A stretch of DNA of 62,943 nt, filler included, from Stramenopiles sp. TOSAG23-3 (Eukaryota), in assembly GCA_900128585.1 (NCBI GenBank). It is 27 parts of 27 records of this genome, joined end to end, with 100 filler letters (N's around TTAATTAATTAA, not from the genome) between each part and the next. Parts side by side here need not be neighbours in the genome. Positions count along the whole stretch, not along the records: positions 53,747 to 55,972 come from LT644970.1; positions 56,073 to 58,296 come from LT644971.1; positions 58,397 to 60,620 come from LT644972.1; positions 60,721 to 62,943 come from LT644973.1; 23 more parts are not named here. One strand, given 5' to 3'. Numbering within the stretch: the stretch's first letter is position 1; each line of letters opens with the position of its first letter. The translations under genes were made by a program, and so were the position numbers. Under the pieces are notes generated by a model. The model was not told where the DNA came from, did not search any database, and saw nothing but the letters and a program-made list of their open reading frames with translations. This document shows, in pieces, positions 54,604-62,943 of this stretch.

Positions 54604-54817
54604 TTGATTGGTGAATGGGGGACACGAAGGCGAGCAGGGGGTGGATTTGTTTTGCATATTTTTTAATATAATTTTTTTATACGCGTAAATATTTCTTACG
54701 TAAACGTGTGTAACTTTTCTCGGGGTCAAAGAGAGGAGATACGACCACGTAATTTAGCTTACCCTTTGAGGAGCCTCTTAAAACTTGTTCACAAGTAAAA
54801 TAGAAAATAAATTCTCT

Positions 54818-55961
54818 TCACATGCCTGGTCGCCATGTCATATTTTTTGGTTTCGGTGCCGGGCCCCCGCGTCCACGGCCACGGCCNNNNNNNNNNNNNN
54901 NNNNNNNNNNNNNNNNNNNNNNNNNNNNNNNNNNNNNNGCCGCCATAACGATACGCTTCGTCGCCTCCGTAGGACCCTTCCCCACCGTGCTGCTCCTCCT
55001 CCTCCTGCTGTTTCTTCCGCAAGGCTTCGGCGGCTTCTTGAAACATGTTCTGCCCTTTGTTGAAATCGGCCTTTCCCATACGGCCCATGCTCTGTTTTTG
55101 CGTTTGCTTCTTTTTCTTCTTTCCGTTGAACGGGTGCATTCCACCGTCGTCGCGCCGACCGTTGGATTGCAAAAATGGGTTGGGCACGCTGTTGTTTTGA
55201 AACGGGTTGTTGTTTCCCTTGTCTTTTTTCCCACCACCGCGCTTCGTCGATTGGTTCGTCCGGTTCGGCCCGGCACCGCTCAAGAAAGGGTTTGAGTTTC
55301 GTCCATCCCCACTTTGCCTTGCAAAACCATTCCCCTTTCCATCCCCACCGAACGGGTTCTTTGCCCCGGAACGGTCCCCCTTTTGCCTCTTTCCCGGTTT
55401 CGTCGGCCCATTGCTGAATGGGTTGCCTCCTATACTACCGTTCGACGCTTCCGCCGTGCCAGAAGGCGCCGGCCGCTTCTTTGGCCGCCGAGAACTGCTT
55501 CCAAACACGACGACTTTCTTTTCAATCGTTTCTTTTGAAACGGCAACGGGGGGGTCTACGGACTCGTCGACCGCCAGGGTGGCAGCCGGTGGGGGAAGCG
55601 TCTCCGCAACCTTGGTCGACGGTGGGGGGGCAACGTCTGCTTTGCTTTCGGTGGTGCCCTCGCCTGAAAAGTACTCGCTTACCCACTGGCAAAGCTGCAA
55701 CGTGACGGCGTGGTTCGCGTTCGCACTCTCGTCCACCATCAACTCGTCTATTTCCCCGGCAACGTCCGAAAGCGTCTTGTCATCGTTCAACAACATGACC
55801 ATGTAATCTACGAGATCCGAGTCGGCAGCTTCTCCATTCTGAAGCGATGTCAACTTCAGCAACGCTGCTTCCTGAAACGCTACCAATTCGTCACTATCGT
55901 CCGCCAACGGTGTTTTCAACAGAAACGACGACCAAGCCTGGCCTTCAAACGGTTTCACCAT
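54818..55961 (-). CDS. PWI-like (Nab2/ZC3H14-type N-terminus) protein with NPF repeats and RGG tail; spans an internal N gap
   Basis: DSDLVDYMVMLLNDDKTLSDVAGEIDEL...LCQWV, five NPF motifs, and RGRGRGGPAPKPKNMTWRPGM* after the gap. Confidence 0.65.
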
Positions 55962-56072
55962 AACAACGCGAANNNNNNNNNNNNNNNNNNNNNNNNNNNN
56001 NNNNNNNNNNNNNNNNTTAATTAATTAANNNNNNNNNNNNNNNNNNNNNNNNNNNNNNNNNNNNNNNNNNNN

Positions 56073-56081
56073 AAAGAAACA

Positions 56082-56149
<68 letters not shown>

Positions 56150-56150
56150 A
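56073..56150 (+). repeat. (AAAG)n microsatellite at contig start
   Basis: Direct reading. Confidence 0.95.
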
Positions 56151-56265
56151 AAATAATCGATCCTCCATTCTCGTTGTTCGGGGAGGACGGAATCAAAATA
56201 AAAACAATAAAACGAGTACCCGTACCGGTATAATATCACTATCGTAGACCATACCATTCGTATAG

Positions 56266-56287
56266 TTAGGGTTAGGGTTAGGGTTAG
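56266..56287 (+). repeat. Interstitial (TTAGGG)3 + TTAG telomere-like repeat
   Basis: Direct reading. Confidence 0.8.
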
Positions 56288-56772
56288 TATTAAATTAAAT
56301 TATTCGTACTAGACACTAATAAAGCAACAAGACAAAAAAAAAATATTGTGGTGGTTGAATAATATTTCTTTTTTTCATCAATTTTTTGATCCACTCCTCT
56401 TTTGCTGTGTTTCTGTATTGATGAATTATACGAGTACTCGTAGTTGCTGTACCGGTATTTATTAAAGGCTGACATGTGATAGATATATGATGATGGATGG
56501 ATGATAGGAGCTAAATGATCTGCGCGAAGAAGAAAAAAAGTCATTGAACAACAATGTAGGTCCGACACATCGTCCTCAAACAAACAAACAAAAAGTCAGA
56601 ACGGACGTAATATTTCCATTAATTATAGACACGGAAAGCTCCGAGCTAAATAGGTTGAAGTGGGAAGAAAAGTTGAAACAATTGGAAATATCATTCGGTT
56701 GAAGAAATATTGAAATCGGCGAGCTGTAAATACGTTCCAATTGCCGATATTTCTACAGCTTTCCTCCCCACT

Positions 56773-58296
56773 ATGTCCGCTACTCCCGAAGACTTGAGGT
56801 CACCGGCCGTGGCGCAGAGCATTGCCGCTGACGTCACGGGCCACGGTCAGGTTCGAAAACGCTCCATTTCGAATTCGTTGGAGTTCGACAAGAGCTTGGA
56901 CGATTTAGCAGCAATGCGAACGCCTACGTTAGTGTCGCCGTCGTCTTACGATCGGCGTAATCCATCTGCCAGTGACGTGCGCAACCTTTCCTGCCTCTTC
57001 TGGAGTTTGTTCTTTTTGCAGATTACTGTCAACTTTGATAACGGGTGCGTGCCCGCCGTGTTGGCGGACATTACGAAAGAGTTCCAGTTCACGCCAATTC
57101 TCCAAGGCTACCTCCTTAGCTTTCAGTACGTGGGCCTGACGGCCATGTCGCCGATTAGTGGGATTATTTTGCAAAGCAGGTTGAAGAAAAACTTTGTCCT
57201 TGGAACTTGCATTGTGGTGAACTCCTGCGCCGTGCTAATGTTGGCGTTTGCCCCGGCTAGTGCCCCGTGGTTGGCCCTCGCGTCGCGCATTTTGATCGGT
57301 CTCTCTCAGTCCACCTTTGTTATTTACGCCCCGGTGTGGGTGGATGAATACGCCCCGAACAATAAGCAAGCGCTGTGGCTGTCCCTTTGCCAGGCAGGCA
57401 TACCCCTCGGGATCATGGTAGGCTACGCGACTGCGGGGTCGATGAAAGCTGCAAATGCAGGGTGGAGGGTGCCACTGATCATCCAAGGGTGCGTTCTCGC
57501 GCTGTTTGGGAGTACCCTATTCTTCGTTCCGAACCGTTTTTTGGACGTAAGCCACGAGAACGCGGAGAGTTTAAAAAGCGCGCAGAGCAGCAGCAGTGGC
57601 AGCTCCTCCTCGTCCTCTTCGCACGGTGGGAACAGGGTTCGGAATCGCAGCAGGGGCTCGACGGGGTCTGGCGGAAGCTTTGAAAACTTCAAGCCGAGCA
57701 AGCAAAGCGCCCTTCGTCGAGACGCCGAACGGTTCGGAGACGATAACAGCAACGAATTAGACCAAAACGACCCGAATGATTCGTTGCTTAGCAACCGCGA
57801 CGAACCCAGCGACTCTTTGTCTTCCGCCAACAGTTCTTCCAGTGCTAAGGGGCGCCCCGCAACGAGAAGCCGGGCAGATTCACTGGCCGGAGATGGGAGC
57901 CGCATAGATAGCGTTGTGCAGTTTAGAAACCATACGTCTCTCAACGTGTGCAAGCAGCTGCGACTACTAGCCAGTTCTTCGCTATTTGTGTATATGACGC
58001 TGGCCCTGAGCTCCCTTTTTTTTGTTGTGACTGGGATCCAGCAGTGGATTACCGTCTACCTGACTGATGCTGTGGGAGCCAAGTACGGCGATGTCGTGCT
58101 GCTCTTTACCATTTGTTCTGCGACTGGCCCAACACTTGGAGTGTTTTTTGGGGGGTGGTTCTGCGACAAGATAGGCGGGTATCGCGGGGTGGAAGGGCTG
58201 GCAAGGTCGTCCAAGCTTGTGTGTTGCTTTGCCATCTTGGCTGTTGGGTCTGCTTTTCCAGCGGGGTTTACGTCCGATTTAAACTCAATTATGTTC
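56773..58296 (+). CDS. MFS transporter, Spinster-like, 3'-truncated
   Basis: VNFDNGCVPA, SRILIGLSQSTFVIYAPVWVDEYAP, PLGIMVGY, FFVVTGIQQW and TGPTLGVFFGG, with multiple TM helices and a Ser-rich central loop. Confidence 0.88.
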
Positions 58297-58476
58297 NNNN
58301 NNNNNNNNNNNNNNNNNNNNNNNNNNNNNNNNNNNNNNNNTTAATTAATTAANNNNNNNNNNNNNNNNNNNNNNNNNNNNNNNNNNNNNNNNNNNNCCCC
58401 CCCCTCTCTCTCTCTTCTTGAGTGTGGGGAAATGATCTGAGGGTAGAAACGTTGGCTGCAACTCAAATTGGCGTTC

Positions 58477-60620
58477 ATGAGGCGTTCGAAAAAGAAGAAG
58501 CGCGTTCGAAAGGCAAAGCCCCGTGGTGGCGTGAAGAAAAAGGTCGAAGAGGAGGAGCCGGTGGACTCGGAGGAGCTTGCTTTGGGGAGGAAGTTGAAGC
58601 AGGACAAGCTAGACCTGTTCGAAGTTCACAAGTATGGCCTGGACTCGGTCGCGCAACTTCATGAGCTACGCAAGCTGGCGGAAGAGCACCACCGGCACAT
58701 TGAGCAGCTCTTGGACGACATCAAATTGTCAGAGGAGACGTACAAGTTTGCGTCCGTAAGAGAATACTACGCAACCAAGGCGGAAGCGACGGAAAAGTAC
58801 GACATTACAATTGAGCAGCTTTTGAAAGACCGTGAGACGGCAAAAGCGCTGAACCAGCCCAACGTCAAAGCGTACTACGATTTGAGGGACGAGGGGCTGG
58901 CGTATCGCGTCACGCCCCAGCAGCTGCTGAAGGACCGGGCAGAGGCGCGAAAGCTGCACTTGAGCGACGTCAAAGCCCTGTACCGGCAACGGTTGGAAGA
59001 GAAGGCGAGGGAAGTGAGGGTCACCATTGCCGGGGCGGGGGCCCTGCACTGCAAGGTTGTGCGGAGCAAGGTGGCCGGAGACTACGTTTACTATGGCGAC
59101 TTTTTGAACACCGAAATGTACAGGTTCGACCGTTCCTGGCAGAACAGCAACGGCTCCTACACCAAAAAAGTGGTCAGGCGCGCGCAGAAAGGGCTGCCGT
59201 CCTGCGTTATCGTTCACCGACCGTGGTACAAGCCCAAAGCACTGGGAGCGTGCGTGGCCTCGTCCCTTTTCCCGGCAGGGTTGTTCGGGACTGGGATGCT
59301 GAACGGCGACGGCGACGAGGGGCCCCCCCTGTCCGTGTCGGAAGAGATCGTTGGAAAGCTGGTCGGCAAAAAAGAGAGGTACGCGACCAAGGCGGCATTC
59401 TTCAAGATCGTCACCGCCCCGGCAGGGGAGTCGTTCCCTTACACATGGGATGAGGAGGAGACAGAGTGGTCAAAATACGACAGTCAAGAAACCGTACCAA
59501 TGGCCCCAATCGCTTCCGTAGAAGCCCTGGTGCAGCTCCTGTCCAGGGCCGTGCGTGCGCCGGTGGATCGGAAAACGGCAGGCGATGGCGACCACCAAAA
59601 GAAAGACCCGTACGCTATCTACCGAAATGACGAGGAGAAAGAGCCCAAGAATGCGGGGAAGAAAGTCTACGTGCCAAAGTACGTTGGCAAAGGCCTGAAC
59701 GTGGGGCAACCGACCATCGCACCGCCATGGCTGTCCGGCCCTGGCGGTTTCCCGACAACCATGAACTCCGTTTTTGAAGAGCAAACTACTTGGGTTCTAC
59801 GGCTGGTTGTGAAACGGGTGCCAAAGAACAAGAAAGAATCCTCCCGGTCCAAATTGAAGGCTCGGTGCGGGGTCATTTCGTTGGTGGACCTCTGTGGCAA
59901 CGCGGACAAATCGTTCACGTTTCGGAACAAGGCCATTGCTCGCAACTTTAACGCCGACCTGATTGGAGTGCAGAACACGCTGAAAGCGTTTGGCTCGAAC
60001 AAGCACCAGGTGCCCCCTGAACTGTTCAAGAGCAACTTGGTTTACCACCTGCTGCGCCCGAGCTTTCCGATCATTCCATGCCTAAAAGTTCCCCCTATAT
60101 CAAAAAAGGCAATGAACGACGATTTTGAAACTTTCGAAAAAATACAAAGCTTGAGCCAGAGCTACTACGGGACCTTTGCGATTGTGATTGTGGAGCTAGG
60201 GAAGCACAACATGGACCATGTCGATCGACTGGACAGCTGGACCCAGGTTTATCAAGCCTGCACCGGGTACCAAAACGCGCTGATCATTCAGATGAGCATT
60301 CGGACTTGGCTGGCAAGAATTAGACTGCAGCGCTTGCGAGATGCGAAACAGCTGAGGCTCGAGAACGAAGCGGCCATTAAAGTGCAGACAAGAATACGCA
60401 TGAAGTTTGCGAGAAAAATGCTTCGAAAGAAACGAATAGAACAGAAGAAAGCCCAGCTAAAAGCGAAGCAAGACGCGATCAAAGCAAAGAAGCGGAAAGA
60501 ACTGCAGCAAGCAAGGCTCCAAAAAAAGCGCGCTTTGGCAGAGAAAAAGAAAGGAAAAGAAAGAAAGAAAGAAAGTATACGAAAGCACGAAAGAAAGAAA
60601 AGAAAGAAGGAAGAAACAAA
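58477..60620 (+). CDS. Degenerate kinesin-motor-like protein with two IQ motifs, 3'-truncated
   Basis: GVISLVDLCGN (cf. DLAGSE), NADLIGVQNTLKAF (cf. NKSL..LG.VI.AL), VPPELFKSNLVYHLLRPSF (cf. VPYR.SKLT.LL..SL), IQMSIRTWLAR and VQTRIRMKFAR. Confidence 0.55.
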
Positions 60621-60722
60621 NNNNNNNNNNNNNNNNNNNNNNNNNNNNNNNNNNNNNNNNNNNNTTAATTAATTAANNNNNNNNNNNNNNNNNNNNNNNN
60701 NNNNNNNNNNNNNNNNNNNNCT

Positions 60723-62942
60723 GGAAAGGGCGCCTGCGCCGTTTCCTGCGAAGAAAAGCAATGGATTGACGGCGGGGTCGCCTGCCAGTACAACGCCCGG
60801 GGAACAAAGGACCTAGAAATGGACGTTCGCGTGACGGTTGGTCCAAAAGGGCACGAACAACCGAGCAACTTGGCAGGGTACCAGTATGATTTTGACAAAG
60901 GCACGCTCACAGGCATCCTGGAAGGTAGACAGCGCGTGCTCGAAGGCGCCAACCTAACCTACCGGCTTGCTTTGACCACCGGCATTGCTCCCAAGCAAGA
61001 CAATGTAACGGTGCTGCTCATTGCCTCTGGGTGCACCGTTTTCCCGACCGCTGTCATGTTCTTAGTAAACCGAGACCAGACACACTCGGTGGTTGTCGGT
61101 ACCGTGAACAACAAAGTGGACGAAGGAGAAGACATTGCTTACTCTTGCACCGTAATCCACACGATCGAGACGACGGACCGCCAGTACAGAGACAATATCG
61201 ACAAAAAACTAGAAATAGATGTGCTGAACGACGACGAAGCGGGGATGATGCTGGGGACGCTGAAAAGCGGCGGTGCCCATGCCTACAGCTCCAAAGTTCT
61301 ATCCTTCTACATGGAAGAAGGGGGAACGAGCGAGTATTTGATCACGCTAGACACAGAACCGAGTGCGAACGTGTCCGTGCATCTAAATATCACACTTCGA
61401 GAAGCAGCAGTCCATGCCCCGGAAGTAGTTGCCGTGCCTTCTGTGGTCCACTTCAGTCCTTCACTGTGGAAATTATCCCGGGCAATTCGGATTCAGTCCA
61501 TTGACGATAATATCGACTATCCCCTAACGGAATTTGAAGTGTTTCATACGGTGGTATCAGAGGATGGTGTATTTCAAAAGAAAATAAACGCCCAGCGGGT
61601 CGTGGCCCTCCTGCAGGTGAATGACAACGATACTGCAGGCGTACGTTTCGCATCTGACGCTCCCCTGATCATCCTTGAAGGGGGGCGGCCTGGCAGTATT
61701 AACATTTCAGGGCTTATGAGCGAGCCGCTGTGGGATGTCTATGTCCACGTGGACATGCCCCAGGGGGGGCTGGAGTTGGTGAGCGAAAGTCCCATCGCTA
61801 TTCAAAGGTTATCGTGGGCCAAAGTTGGCCGAACGATTGACCTCAGGGCGCCGGTTGGAGCGTTCAACGCTGCCGGCGAAAATACGATAGATCTGCGGTT
61901 ACGCCTGGAAAGCCAGGACGCAAAATACAACGGAGCCATTACTGCAAATACGATCATCATCCAGCCGTCGATAGACTCTGTTCCGCCTCCTTCCCAACCA
62001 ACCATTGCCGTGGGAAGCAACCTGTTTCTAATGGTTTTAAAATGGAACGATAAAAGCAACGCTAGTAATTACGAAGTTCAGTGGAGCAAGGACATAACAT
62101 TCGGCGACGTGGCAAATTTGACACTGACCAACAGCACCACAATTGAATTGAAGGTTTCCAACTCCCTTGCCACGAATGTAGTGTATTCCCGTGTGAGGAA
62201 AGTTATGTCAGGGGACGCTAGCGCTTGGTCGGTAGTGTCGACCATATGGACCACGGCTTCCGAGTGCGACATCACAAGGCAGTACTTGAATGCCTCGTCC
62301 AACAAGCCACGGGAGTGGAAGTGCTCTACGTGCCCCAATGGTGCGTCTTGCTCCGGGGATATCACGTGGGACGGTGTGACAGCCCTTTTCGGCTGGTGGC
62401 GGCACACTCCCGGTCCCCACCTTAGCAAGTTTTCAAAGTGTCTCTTTCCGCCTGCCTGCCTTGGGGCCAAAAATCCGGTCTTCGAAAAGTCCTTTTTTAT
62501 GAACGATGGGAGCAACCCAGCCACAGTGGATCACAACGAGTCGTGCAACGTTGAGATTGGCTACGCCGCTTCCTGCAGTCGCGAAGTGAAAGGCCGGTGC
62601 CGCTTGTGCGGCACTTGCAAGTCCGGCTACCGGCGGCGCGAATTGGGAAGTGCAACCCGCTGTGACAAATGCCCGGAACGGGGTGCCAACACAGTGCTGA
62701 TGGCATGTGGCGTCCTGCTTGCCGTGCTCATGCTCTCGGTCCTGCTCGTACAGCACATAAAGAAAGGAGGAAAGCGCTCACTGACAAGCATGCGAAAGGT
62801 TATAATCATCAATTACTTTCAACTCATGTACATGATTGCAAGCCTGGACGTCCCATGGCCGGAGCCACTGCAAATTTTATTCGACGTGGAAGGCGCCGTC
62901 AGTACAATTGGCGAGCATTTGCTAAACCCTGAGTGCGAGGTA
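60723..62942 (+). CDS. Large surface/membrane protein fragment: Calx-beta-like repeats, FN3, Cys-rich region and start of a multi-TM domain
   Basis: A frame of about 740 codons with no stop (my translation; absent from the ORF track). It shows EG...NDDEAG / DNDTAG repeats, LKW...YEVQWS...YSRVR, CSTCPNGASC...GWW, CRLCGTCKSGY, a TM helix and KVIIINYFQL...DVPWP. Confidence 0.8.
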
Positions 62943-62943
62943 A

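Noticed and set aside
56266-56287. True chromosome end
   Set aside because: Fewer than four units, and internal to the contig.
2248-60720. Regularly spaced TTAATTAATTAA palindromes as a biological repeat, and gene clusters spanning them
   Set aside because: They are artificial six-frame-stop linkers inside N runs. Contigs are sorted by length, so neighbourhoods such as M23 + circle + lysozyme-like gene are not real linkage.

Overview
This is not one continuous locus. It is a pseudo-scaffold of 27 unrelated contigs of about 2.22-2.25 kb, ordered by decreasing length and joined by artificial N44-TTAATTAATTAA-N44 linkers, so adjacency across N runs means nothing. The genes are eukaryotic and mostly intronless, with GC-richer coding DNA in AT-rich intergenic DNA. 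They include ALG2, EED/FIE (PRC2), a SAMHD1-like HD enzyme, MSS4/RABIF, IFT56/TTC26, WDR54, an EML protein, spastizin/ZFYVE26, TRMT11, EFCAB10, a BUD22/SRFBP1-like protein, a Spinster-like MFS transporter and a Calx-beta/FN3/Cys-rich membrane protein. This suggests a flagellated, probably phagotrophic protist; a stramenopile (MAST-like) MAG or SAG is my inference. The most unusual item is contig 7038-9281, which has an exact 76-bp terminal direct repeat (a 2168-bp circle or collapsed tandem unit). It carries compact virus-like genes (a frameshifted RAMA-domain/coiled-coil gene, a zinc-finger gene and a disrupted ORF) plus an intact secreted Cys-rich multi-peptide precursor. Also notable are a secreted, Met-rich tandem lysozyme-like protein lacking the catalytic Glu, a degenerate kinesin-like protein with IQ motifs, a PSI + Gly/Ser-repeat protein with a phage-fibre-like C-terminus, a short retroposon-like repeat with a TSD, a palindromic 34-bp array and GTAC clusters upstream of genes. 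All assignments are motif recognition by eye; no searches were run.
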